A stretch of 64,000 bases of DNA from Candidatus Latescibacterota bacterium (GTDB taxonomy: Bacteria > Latescibacterota > UBA2968 > GCA-2709665), in NCBI GenBank assembly GCA_965222075.1, contig OZ244937.1, positions 5,216,001-5,280,000 of the forward strand. The letters run 5' to 3'. Positions within the stretch are counted from its first letter, which is position 1. Every line of letters starts with the position of its first letter. Shown one piece after another: positions 18,323 through 27,552 of the stretch. Below the pieces are notes generated by a model, which saw only the letters and a program-made list of their open reading frames with translations, ran no database searches and was not told where the DNA came from. Made by a program: the position numbers and the translations under genes.

Positions 18323-19819
18323 ATGATTAAATATATCATCCTCAAAGAAATCCGTTATAACTTGATAAGCCCTGTTTTCGTAGCTACCTTTGTTCTCAGC
18401 TTTATTGTTATTATTCTAAGTATCTATATGGGACTCCGTAGCTTCAATGATCAGGTTATAGAATATTCTCAGATGAAGATAATTAACCGTAAAGAGTTGA
18501 ATGACAAAACTTATTATAGTGAAATTGGTGCTCAGGGTTTATATGTCAGTAAGCCCCCAGAAATTTTGGGTGTGCTGGTAGCTGGAGTAGAAAATATCAC
18601 AGGTCGTTATGTGCTTGTCAATATGACAAACAATCCTCGAATTATAGGTAGCAAAGTGGAAGGGAATCCGATATTTGCCATTTTTGGAGAACTAGATTTA
18701 ATGTTTGTTGTTAAAAACGTATTTAGCCTTATTATTGTTCTTCTTACTTACAGCACCATTTCTGGTGAGAAAGAAGAAGGAACCCTTAGGCTTATTTTTT
18801 CGAATCCTATACCTAGAGACTCTTTAATTTTAGGCAAAATGGCAGGAAATTTCCTATGTTTAATGGCTTGTTTGGCTATTCCTACTCTGCTTGGGATAGC
18901 ATTATTCGTGTCTTTTCAAAGTGTCCATTTAACATATGAAGGTATATTAAGGCTATTATGTATCTTGGGTGTATTTTTTTTATATATTACTTGCTTTTTT
19001 TCTCTGGGAATGTTCATCTCTACTTTAAGTAGTAGATCTCTGATCTCTTTTCTCGCATTGCTTTTTATTTGGATAACTTATATAATGGTGATTCCTAAAG
19101 GAAGTGTAATTTTAGCAAGCCAATTTGCACAAGTGCCTTCTATTCAACATTATTATACTCAAGTATCTCAGGTTCAAAAAGATATTCGAAAACAAGGCAG
19201 CCGTGAACTAAATCAATACCACAGTACAAACCCTCGCCCAAGAAGACCTCAAATTAAACCCAGTATTTCAAAAGGAGAACGTGAAGCAATTTTAGCTGCT
19301 TATAGACAATCTGTAGATGAATGGCGAGAGAGAGGAATCGCTAAGTCGAACGAAATTCGAGAAAAAGTAAGGGATAAGTGGCAGACAGAGCAAAGTAAAT
19401 TAGACCAGATCTATAAAAAACAGCGAGATGAATTAATCAGAGTGGCCACTAACCTGTCACGGATTTCTCCAGCTTCTGCAATGAACTATGCATCAATGAG
19501 TTTAGCAGGTACGGGTATCGAACAGCAAGGTATGTTTCTTACACAGGTAAGAGCATACCAAAGTGTATTTATTAATTATATTAAGAAAAAAATAGAGGAC
19601 GAGGGAGGGAGGATCTATCCTGATGGTCACATTAGCCTGTCTAGATCAAATATGGACAGTCCAATAGATCTAAGCGATATGCCGGTATTTCAATATAGAC
19701 AAAAACCATTCAGAGAAGTGATAGAAAGCGTTATGTTTGACTCAGCGTTGATAGTTCTATTCTCTCTATTGTTTTTCACAGGAGCGTATTTCTCCTTTCT
19801 CCGATATGATGTTCGTTAG
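18323..19819 (+). CDS. ABC-2 type transporter permease subunit (AT-rich, no ATPase partner nearby)
   Basis: IILKEI, ISGEKEEGTLRLIFSNPIPR...ILGK, SRISP, FLRYDVR; several TM helices; visibly AT-rich. Confidence 0.85.
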   Translation: MIKYIILKEIRYNLISPVFVATFVLSFIVIILSIYMGLRSFNDQVIEYSQMKIINRKELNDKTYYSEIGAQGLYVSKPPEILGVLVAGVENITGRYVLVNMTNNPRIIGSKVEGNPIFAIFGELDLMFVVKNVFSLIIVLLTYSTISGEKEEGTLRLIFSNPIPRDSLILGKMAGNFLCLMACLAIPTLLGIALFVSFQSVHLTYEGILRLLCILGVFFLYITCFFSLGMFISTLSSRSLISFLALLFIWITYIMVIPKGSVILASQFAQVPSIQHYYTQVSQVQKDIRKQGSRELNQYHSTNPRPRRPQIKPSISKGEREAILAAYRQSVDEWRERGIAKSNEIREKVRDKWQTEQSKLDQIYKKQRDELIRVATNLSRISPASAMNYASMSLAGTGIEQQGMFLTQVRAYQSVFINYIKKKIEDEGGRIYPDGHISLSRSNMDSPIDLSDMPVFQYRQKPFREVIESVMFDSALIVLFSLLFFTGAYFSFLRYDVR

Positions 19820-19960
19820 ACCTAAATGATATGAGTGTGTAGGAAATCGCGGGCGCTTTGAAAGGGCTTTCAGACGGCATAAATGCCTGCTCGATATTTC
19901 CCAAATCCCATTTTGGCCCCTGAGGCTGCTCATTGAGACCAAACATCGAGGATACTTTAA

Positions 19961-20110
19961 CTCTATTTTGGCCTTGATGGCAGCGAAGGCCTGACGCTTG
20001 AAGAAATCAGCGATATGATGAATCTCACGCGCGAGCGCATCCGCCAACTCAAAGAGAAGGCACTCCGAAAGCTACGGCGTCGGGCGTGTTACCAAGAGCT
20101 AAAGGTACTT
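19961..20110 (+). pseudogene. Sigma-70 (RpoD/RpoS-like) region 4.2 fragment
   Basis: [39 protein letters not shown]; in-frame TAA immediately upstream. Confidence 0.85.
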
Positions 20111-20406
20111 ACCAAAAGGCCCATTACGTCAAGCTGTTGAACGCCGCGATGGACGACATCGGTGGGGTGAAAAAGCTAACGCACATTCGGGAACTGGGTA
20201 TCCACGGACGACACGATGTAAGGACCCACGCAGGCGAAGTACCTGCTATTTTGGGCGTAATTCTTATTTGATGGTTATTTGATAGGTAAGGCAGTTTTCG
20301 AATCTGAAAAACCATGATTTTGACATAATATATGTATTTACAATAATTTAAATATTTCCAACTCTATTTGACGTTTATTTGATCTCGACTTTGTCCAAAT
20401 AGCTGC

Positions 20407-21819
20407 TCAGGCAGCTACTGGAAGGTCAAACATACACAAGAGATCCAGCATTTCCTTCGGAAATTGTACAAACTCAGCTTCTGGAGCAGAGTTCACGAGA
20501 AACCTGGCACGCCAGATATGGCGTCGAACCAGCAGTATACAGTCGGAGAAGGTCGGTTGCTGTTTTTTATACCACGCGGTAGTTTGAATCGGGATGGCGT
20601 TGTCCTGGCACAGGTGTAGGGTCATCAAGGTCACGAGGGAGAAAAGGGCCAGCAGGCAAGGTGTGGTTCTCTCGATCGCCAGGTCCGACCACTGGCGCTG
20701 TGTTTCCAGCCCCAGGTGAGCCCGAGCTTCCTCAAAGGTGACTTCGACCGACCAGCGCATGACCACCCATTTTAGGATCTGGAGGGGGCAGAGGCTTGGA
20801 TCGGTGCAGAAGAAGACCTCGTCCTTGAGCTTGCTTTGGGGGTCTCGCACGATCACATAGCGGATGGGCACAGGGTCCCAGCCGGGACGATACCACAGCG
20901 CTGTGCGAGAGAAAAGCAACATTGTCTTGCGTTTTCCGCCATACCAGAAGATCTCGTGGGACTGCCAGGGCGTGTCGGAACGGGCAGCCCATGTGCGTAA
21001 CCGTCTTTGCCGCTGGCCTTTCTTCGGCGTCGGACCACGCTGTCCTTTTTGTCGCGGCTTTGGGGGATGATAAAGCGCAGCGTCCCAACGCAGTCTTGAG
21101 ACCATCGTCGTGGAGATGCCCTTACAGGCCCAGATCAGCGACATCGCGGCAAATCCGCCATCTACAACCAATACCAGCAAGCGGTTGGGCAGCCAGCGAT
21201 GTACCTGTTTGATCATCTGGCGCGCCCAGTCAACACTGGTTTTATGCCTGCCCTTGGAAGGATGCGTTGGCTTCTTCTTGCCTGAGTTGGCGTTTTTTTC
21301 CTTCACCTCAGGTTCGCAGGGAAGCGTCAGGAAAGGCAAGGCCCAGATCCGATGGGAAAAAGGCACAGGCACCAGAAGCATCATAGAGACCCACTTGACG
21401 CCAAAACAACGCACCACGTGCTTCCTTGTTGAACGCACCGGATCTCGATAACAGCCCACATGCTTGATCTTTTTGCCACTGCGACGCTCGATCGTCTCAT
21501 CGACTCCCAGGACAATCGCACCTGGAGAAGGAAACATTGCCAGGAGCAATCCCAGCAAAATACGGCTCCCCTGAAGGCTATTCCATTTCACGCGGTTCAA
21601 CACGCGATGATAGTTGGTGAAATGCCTCTCCTCAGACCTGTCTGCGTGCAACGCACAGGCAGGTCGGCCCATCACGCGCAAAGCTGCGCTGACGGTGCGT
21701 TTGCCCGGTGACAGGATCGCTCCGATCATCAATTCTTGAGCGTGATACCAGACCCGGTCAGAAAACAATGGCGCAAATGCGGCGAGAATAGTTATGATAC
21801 CTTCTGGCAGAGGATGCAT
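20407..21819 (-). CDS. IS701-family DDE transposase
   Basis: GVDETIERR, VVDGGF, RW.VEVTFEEARAHLG. Confidence 0.85.
   Translation of the reverse strand: MHPLPEGIITILAAFAPLFSDRVWYHAQELMIGAILSPGKRTVSAALRVMGRPACALHADRSEERHFTNYHRVLNRVKWNSLQGSRILLGLLLAMFPSPGAIVLGVDETIERRSGKKIKHVGCYRDPVRSTRKHVVRCFGVKWVSMMLLVPVPFSHRIWALPFLTLPCEPEVKEKNANSGKKKPTHPSKGRHKTSVDWARQMIKQVHRWLPNRLLVLVVDGGFAAMSLIWACKGISTTMVSRLRWDAALYHPPKPRQKGQRGPTPKKGQRQRRLRTWAARSDTPWQSHEIFWYGGKRKTMLLFSRTALWYRPGWDPVPIRYVIVRDPQSKLKDEVFFCTDPSLCPLQILKWVVMRWSVEVTFEEARAHLGLETQRQWSDLAIERTTPCLLALFSLVTLMTLHLCQDNAIPIQTTAWYKKQQPTFSDCILLVRRHIWRARFLVNSAPEAEFVQFPKEMLDLLCMFDLPVAA
21636..21664. repeat. Palindromic element ACCTGTCTGCGTGCAACGCACAGGCAGGT inside the transposase ORF
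   Basis: Imperfect hairpin with the same arms as the other copies; read in frame as RPACALHADR. Confidence 0.7.
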
Positions 21820-22014
21820 TGGAATCTCCTTGACTTGGATATTGGCATAATACCCAAGATAGGAAATTCTGTGTCCTCTGCTACTTCATTTTGGCCAAAG
21901 TCCAGTTTAAATGTTTGGCCTAAAAAGCAAGAAAATTCACGATAATAAATTTCATAAGTGATTTTTTTACAGACTGTTAATTCGCCCGTAAAATCCTACA
22001 CACTCAAATGATAT

Positions 22015-23734
22015 GAGTGTGTAGGAAATCGCGGGGGTATCAACTGACTGTAAAATCGATAGTTTTTGAAGTATGAAAATTTGATAGGACGCCTATATTG
22101 GCAAACATCCAGAACACTATCTCATGTTTGACCAAAAAGGAGCCCTATCATGATGACAATGTACGAAAAGGAAGCCTTGTTTGAAAGCCTAGATGACACA
22201 TTTTCTGAGATCAAGGCATATCTTATAGGAGCTATAGACCGAGAAGAACTCCATGAGGTTGAGCACCATCTGTTTCGCCAGATGCAGCGCTTGGGTCGTG
22301 GTTTTCTGGAGGCCTTTGTTGCTCTGTCGGGCACGGGATATGAAGCTGGCAATCCAGTGCTGAGTGAAGAAGGGCATAAAATGGAGTATAAGGGAACCGA
22401 GGCGGAGGGTTCGCCCTATATGTCCATCTTTGGAGAAATCAGGATCTACCGTGCAGCCTATGCCCATCCTGCTGGTGGGAGGGTATATCCCATCGATGCG
22501 CAACTGAATCTGCCAGCACATAAATACTCTTACTTGCTTTTGAAGTGGCTACAAGCTTCAAGCACACAACAGGATTTTCGCAGCGCGGTCAACCGATTCA
22601 ACGAGATCTTAGATTTTTCCTTTTTCCCGGATCTGCCTCAGCGTCAGGGCCTACCCATTGCGGAGTATATCGAGCCTTTCTATGAGCAGGTTGAAGCGCC
22701 ACCCCTACAATCAGAAAGCAGTCATATAGCCATCAGCGCCGATTGTAAGGGCGTACGTATCCTGAAAAGTAAACAGGAAGAGACAAAGGAAGAACCGCCT
22801 GCCAAACCCCGTCGGGGCAAAGGAGAAAAGCCCGGCATCAAGAAAGATGCGGTGGTCGTCACAGACTTTTCATTCGACCCACACGCACGCGATTCTGAAG
22901 AAATCGTCAAAGGCTTGCTTTCCCAGTTCACAAAAGAAGAACAAGAACAGAAAAAACAGGATCGGAAATGTCGTCGAGAAGAAGGTCTGCCTGAGCCTCG
23001 GGTACCACACAATAAGCACGTCTTTGCGACTCTCCAGGGCAAAAAAGCCGCCTTCGACCATATGCTTGAGCACGTCCAGAAGCGAGATCCCCAGGGCCAA
23101 AAACTACTGATCGCGCTACTGGATGGCGATCCTTATCTGGAGGATCGGTTGCTCAAAGACCTGAACATCCACGGCATGGAGGATCAACTCGATGCGCTGA
23201 TCCTGGATATCATCCATGCCAGTGAATACCTCTGGGATGTGGGCACAGCGCTCTATGGCGAAAAAGGACCTGAACGAATCAAGTGGATCGAAGAAAAGCT
23301 CTATGCCCTCCTGGAGGGTAAAGTCGGCTACCTCATCGGGGGACTACGCCAGATGCTGACCAAAAACCAAGACCGGCTCACCCAGCCTCAAAAGAAGGCT
23401 CTAAAAAAAACCATCATCTACTTCGATAACCACCAACATATGATGCACTACGACGTCTACCTCAAGAAAGGTTACCCGATTGCTACAGGCGTAGTCGAAG
23501 GCACCTGCGGCTCTCTCGTCAAAGACCGGATGGAGCAATCAGGCATGCGATGGTCCATCAACGGTGCTCAGGCTGTCTTGGCTCAGCGCGCCGTTGTGAA
23601 AAATGGCGACTGGAATGACTTCTTCACATACTACATTGACTCCGAACGTGACCGACTCTACCCAACTGTATATGAGAGAGTCGCACCTTACCAAAAAGCT
23701 GCTTAAACCTGCTCCCGTGAACTCCTACACACTC
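22015..23734 (+). mobile_element. ISKra4-family insertion sequence, complete
   Basis: 21-bp imperfect IRs GAGTGTGTAGGAAATCGCGGG / CCCGTGAACTCCTACACACTC; 9-bp DR AAATGATAT at 22006-22014 and 23735-23743. Confidence 0.9.
22150..23706 (+). CDS. ISKra4-family transposase
   Basis: YMSIFGEI, SADCKGV, LLDGD, LDIIHASEYLW, M.YD.YL..GYPIATGVVEG.C..LVKDRME.SGMRW. Confidence 0.9.
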   Translation: MMTMYEKEALFESLDDTFSEIKAYLIGAIDREELHEVEHHLFRQMQRLGRGFLEAFVALSGTGYEAGNPVLSEEGHKMEYKGTEAEGSPYMSIFGEIRIYRAAYAHPAGGRVYPIDAQLNLPAHKYSYLLLKWLQASSTQQDFRSAVNRFNEILDFSFFPDLPQRQGLPIAEYIEPFYEQVEAPPLQSESSHIAISADCKGVRILKSKQEETKEEPPAKPRRGKGEKPGIKKDAVVVTDFSFDPHARDSEEIVKGLLSQFTKEEQEQKKQDRKCRREEGLPEPRVPHNKHVFATLQGKKAAFDHMLEHVQKRDPQGQKLLIALLDGDPYLEDRLLKDLNIHGMEDQLDALILDIIHASEYLWDVGTALYGEKGPERIKWIEEKLYALLEGKVGYLIGGLRQMLTKNQDRLTQPQKKALKKTIIYFDNHQHMMHYDVYLKKGYPIATGVVEGTCGSLVKDRMEQSGMRWSINGAQAVLAQRAVVKNGDWNDFFTYYIDSERDRLYPTVYERVAPYQKAA

Positions 23735-23779
23735 AAATGATATTTGAGAAAAATTAGCTACATTTTTCTGTCCTTATCT

Positions 23780-24040
23780 GATAGACTGGATTCCGGCGTG
23801 TGGCTATGCCATCGTCTTCGGCATGCGTATGATGTTCATGTCGTGATCTCCACAACACCATCTGTCCGAGGAGGTTTGACATAATCGGGCCTCTCTGTGG
23901 GTGCGGAAACAGCGGCGGTTGATCAGTCCCAAGGGTGAGGAAAAGCTCTCACAAAGAGCATTGTCATAGCAGCAGTCGCCTACAGATCCCACCGAGGAGC
24001 GCACCCCCGCCAAAATCTTACATGAACCCCTTTTTATCAA
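23780..24040 (-). mobile_element. IS3-family integrase-core remnant
   Basis: GSVGDCCYDNALCESF...LINRRCFRTHREAR, degenerate. Confidence 0.7.
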
Positions 24041-24054
24041 GTTGGCGAACGATT

Positions 24055-25890
24055 ATGATTTATCTCAGGACAAGTTTTCTGCTGATTTTTTTCTATATGG
24101 GGAATGCTGGGTGTACCCAGCATATTGGTGGGCTTATTGAAAATCTTAAGCATAAGCGCAGGGGAGTCCGTGTACATGCTGCACAGGAGCTGGGAGAGAT
24201 TGGGGACAGACAGGCAGTTGTTCCGTTGATTGGATCTTTAAGAGATGAGGAGGTTCGGGTTCGCCTGGCTGTCATAGAGGCTTTGGGAAAACTTCGGGAT
24301 GAGCGGGCTGTAGAACCTCTAATCGCTGTATTGAAGGATCGGGAGGTCATTGTCAGGCTGGCTGCCGTGAACGCATTGGCGCAGATTGGTGATTCTCAGG
24401 CAGTCAGGCCATTGCTGGAGTTTCTGCAGGTTGGAGGAGATGCAAACCTCCGGTTGGAAGCGATAGAGGCTTTAGGTGAAATTGGAGATGCGCGCGCTAT
24501 TGGTCCGCTATCTGCCGCATTAAAAAGCGGAGACCGCAATACCAGGTGGGTGGCCGCAGCGGCTCTGGCCGGAATTGGTGATCGATCCGGGCTGGGTCCG
24601 TTGCTGGATGCACTTATAGAGAGAGATGCGTCTGTTCGGCATATTGTGGTATATGCGCTTGGAAAAATCGATCCGGACTGGAGACAAAGAGAAGAAGCAG
24701 GCCAGGCGATGACACGTTTGATAGATGCTTTGAAGGACAAAACACTTGTTCTTTCCGATCGTCAGCTTGTTGTTCTGGCACTTGATGAAATCGATCCGAA
24801 TTGGAGGCAAATGGCGTGGGCTGACAGTGTGATATCTGATTTGATAATCCGTTTGAAGAACGAAGATCCGCTGGTACGAGAAGCCGCTGCAGAGGCGCTG
24901 GGTGAGGTTGGAAACCGGCGTGCAGTGGAAGGACTTTTGAATGCGTTACACGATGAAGCGGCGGCAGTTCGGCAGGTTGCGGCCTGGGCACTGGGAAGGC
25001 TGGGAAATGGACGTGAGGTTGAGCCTCTCATAGCGGCCCTGAAAGATCCGGATCGGCGGGTTCAATTTTCGGCTGCTATTGCATTGGGAGAGATCAAAGA
25101 CGTTCGCGCTGTGGAGCCTTTAATTTCGATGCTGTCTGTGGAGATACCGAATCCACAAAGATTTTTAGACCCGAAGGATGTTCGGGTAGGGGCGGCAGTG
25201 GCTCTGGGAAAACTGAGAGATGTTCGAGCGGTAGGTCCACTTACTTCGCTGCTGAGTCATTGGAGTGAATTTATCCGCCGGTCAGCAGCGGATGCTTTGG
25301 GAAGGATCGGGGATCATCGTGCTGTAAGGCCATTGATTGTTGCTCTGGGAGATGCTGACAGGGTGGTTCGCCGGGCAGCAGCAGACGCACTGGGGAAGAT
25401 TGGGGATGCACGTGCTGTGGGTCCCCTTATTGCAGCGATGCAGGCCGGGCGTATCGTCCCTCAGCAAGTTGTGTCGGCATTAGAAAAGATCGATCCGATG
25501 TGGCGAGACCACAAGGCGGTGGCCCCATTGGTTTCCAGTCTGATTGAACAACTGAACCATTCAGATCCAGCAGTTCGGTGGCAGGCGGCGGAAACCCTGG
25601 GAGAAATCGCGGATGAAAGCGCAACGCAGGCGTTGATTGATGCTATGATGAAACGGAATATACCGGTGGTGGCCGGCGCTCATCCTTTTTTTCTTCGTAA
25701 AAGGATACGAGAATCCGAATACAGGCTTGTTGAAGCGTTGAATACCTATGGCGATGAAAGTATGGCCAATAGGTTTATGAGATCAGGGCGACCGTTACTT
25801 ATAAAGGCTGCCCAAAAATGGGCACGGTTTAAGGGGATTGCGCTGATCTCCTGGCCACTCGAACGAAATTACTGGTTGAGCAGAGAATGA
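24055..25890 (+). CDS. HEAT (PBS lyase-like) repeat protein, possible lipoprotein
   Basis: Many VR.AAA.ALG.IGD.RAV.PLI.AL.D repeats; from ATG 24055 a hydrophobic leader ending NAGC. The upstream ORF extension is IS3 remnant. Confidence 0.85.
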   Translation: MIYLRTSFLLIFFYMGNAGCTQHIGGLIENLKHKRRGVRVHAAQELGEIGDRQAVVPLIGSLRDEEVRVRLAVIEALGKLRDERAVEPLIAVLKDREVIVRLAAVNALAQIGDSQAVRPLLEFLQVGGDANLRLEAIEALGEIGDARAIGPLSAALKSGDRNTRWVAAAALAGIGDRSGLGPLLDALIERDASVRHIVVYALGKIDPDWRQREEAGQAMTRLIDALKDKTLVLSDRQLVVLALDEIDPNWRQMAWADSVISDLIIRLKNEDPLVREAAAEALGEVGNRRAVEGLLNALHDEAAAVRQVAAWALGRLGNGREVEPLIAALKDPDRRVQFSAAIALGEIKDVRAVEPLISMLSVEIPNPQRFLDPKDVRVGAAVALGKLRDVRAVGPLTSLLSHWSEFIRRSAADALGRIGDHRAVRPLIVALGDADRVVRRAAADALGKIGDARAVGPLIAAMQAGRIVPQQVVSALEKIDPMWRDHKAVAPLVSSLIEQLNHSDPAVRWQAAETLGEIADESATQALIDAMMKRNIPVVAGAHPFFLRKRIRESEYRLVEALNTYGDESMANRFMRSGRPLLIKAAQKWARFKGIALISWPLERNYWLSRE

Positions 25891-26356
25891 TTGTTAATGG
25901 CGATCCGGATAGCCCCCATCTCCGTCTGTCGATGCCAGGTTCAAGAGATAGCAGTTCGAGATTTATGGAGGACTATGTCCTGCAGCAGTCAGGAGTTGTT
26001 GGGGATTCGGTCCTGCAGCGTCGAAGATTTTCTGGACTTCCGGATCAACTCTGTTGAGGATCCAAAAGGTTTGCCCGGACCGCTGGAAGGAAATCAAGGA
26101 AATCTCTGTGATACGCACCTTCTTGAAAACAACTCAGATCGGGTGGCCTCACTTTCGATATAGGATATCTCGATAGTCAGAGTCTCCAGGTGGCCGTCTT
26201 CCTGAGATGCCCTTGATGATCCACACCACCCTGGAGCAACACCTTTTCAAGGAGTCAAAGTAGTGATAAAGAGCTACTTACATCTGGCCATCCGAAATCT
26301 TTTCAGGCACAAATACCTTTTTAAAACAGCTTCTCAGAGCCTTTGAATTCGTCGAT

Positions 26357-27169
26357 TTGGCATCGACACAGGAGTCTCGAAGTGCTTTCTTTCTCGTACC
26401 AGCACTCCGGAGTATTACTGAAGAAATTATCTTGCTTCGTTTTTTGTCGCGCTTTCCCCATGAGGTGCGTCACCAAACTCTGAACAATATGCTCAACCTC
26501 ATGGCCGCGAAAACATTACACGATCAAGAGGCCTTTTTTGTGACGTTTCGACCATTTCAACCAGTTCTCCGGTCGGCAAATATAGAAAGTATGGACATAC
26601 AGAAAGTCAGGCACGAACTTCGTTCGTTTTGGCGGAATAACGGGTGGCTAAAGTTGAACAGAGACATGCCACCAACCAGGGAAATTGCTGAGAGATCGGA
26701 CCCAGAAGTACTACATGTGGTCTACGATTTCATATATCGAATCGCGTCAGACGCGGTCCACTTTAACCCTCGCGCGTTGTTGCGAACGGGCTGGGGGAAC
26801 ATTCCGCGAGAAGCAACATTTAGCTCCAGAAATATGGGTGACTACTACCTCGCGATGTGTCGGGTTTACGGCAGCTATCTATTTTGTTTGTACTTTGAAT
26901 TCTTTGGCCAATTCTTAAGGCTAAATCAGGAAGAGAAGTCCGCAGTCAGAGAACTTAGAAAGTACCTTCTGAGTCTACCCCGTTGGCCAGAAATGATTAC
27001 GTTTGAAGAAATGAATATAGATGTGTCCCGACCTACGTTTTCATCAATGCTTCTTTATGCAATGTACGACGGCATTATGGCAGACGGGTTTATTTCCGGA
27101 ACAAAACAAATGATTGCTCTCCGCGAAAACCAGAGATCGCGATCATCGAAAGAAGCACCACGAAAATGA
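26357..27169 (+). CDS. DUF5677-like (HEPN-related) protein, 5' end uncertain or damaged
   Basis: LRSITE...L and Y.FIYR.ASDAVH patterns; TTG start with no clear RBS; the stop overlaps methylase-head copy C (ATGA). Confidence 0.5.
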   Translation: MASTQESRSAFFLVPALRSITEEIILLRFLSRFPHEVRHQTLNNMLNLMAAKTLHDQEAFFVTFRPFQPVLRSANIESMDIQKVRHELRSFWRNNGWLKLNRDMPPTREIAERSDPEVLHVVYDFIYRIASDAVHFNPRALLRTGWGNIPREATFSSRNMGDYYLAMCRVYGSYLFCLYFEFFGQFLRLNQEEKSAVRELRKYLLSLPRWPEMITFEEMNIDVSRPTFSSMLLYAMYDGIMADGFISGTKQMIALRENQRSRSSKEAPRK

Positions 27170-27447
27170 TCCCTAGAGAATGCAAACGCCTCGCCGAAGT
27201 CGACTTCCCCATTGCCGAGGTTTCCAGGCACGCGGCGCGGGAGAAGTCGATTCGGCACGGGCACCCCTCGACGCTGCACCTGTGGTGGGCGCGGCGGCCG
27301 TTGGCCTCGTCGCGGGCGGTGTTGATGGCGTTGCTGCTGCCGGATCCGTGCGACGCGCACTGTCCGGAGGCGTTCGAGTCGGAGGCCCGCCGCATTCTCC
27401 TCGAGATGGACGGGCGGCGGCAACGGTGGACAGCGGCTGTCGAACCC
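27166..27447 (+). repeat. DUF1156 methylase 5'-head anchor copy C (about 280 bp, highly similar to the intact gene)
   Basis: [69 protein letters not shown]...MDGR..WT.A.EP. Confidence 0.95.
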
Positions 27448-27552
27448 CATCTGCGATCCGGCACGCTTCAACTGGAACGAAGTGAGGAAGGTCGCGCACT
27501 ATTACCTGTCCGTCAACGGATTGACACAACCGATGTAGTTGGGGGAGAATGA
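27448..27552 (+). repeat. Helicase 3'-tail anchor, copy 3, fused directly to methylase head C
   Basis: DPARFNWNEVRKVAHYYLSVNGLTQPM* in an alternative frame from 27455. Confidence 0.9.

Larger units (their letters stand above)
20384..21905 (-). mobile_element. IS701-like insertion sequence
   Basis: Inverted ends CTCGACTTTGTCCAAA / TTTGGCCAAAGTCCAG enclosing a DDE transposase; no clear target duplication. Confidence 0.75.
19833..22005. mobile_element. Non-autonomous element with ISKra4-type ends carrying passenger DNA and a nested IS
   Basis: Ends GAGTGTGTAGGAAATCGCGGG / CCCGTAAAATCCTACACACTC match those of 22015-23734; flanked by AAATGATAT at 19824-19832 and 22006-22014; no cognate transposase inside. 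Confidence 0.85.

Noticed and set aside
24130-25650. Periodic nucleotide similarity
   Set aside because: Explained by HEAT protein repeats.
25900-26260. Possible transposase remnant on the minus strand
   Set aside because: No diagnostic motif or IR could be confirmed by eye.
27166-27552. 128-aa ORF as a genuine gene (likewise 11303..11773, 12318..12926, 12951..13496, 34078..34281, 35591..35809 as called)
   Set aside because: These are read-throughs across fragment junctions; they were re-annotated as fragments or given later starts.
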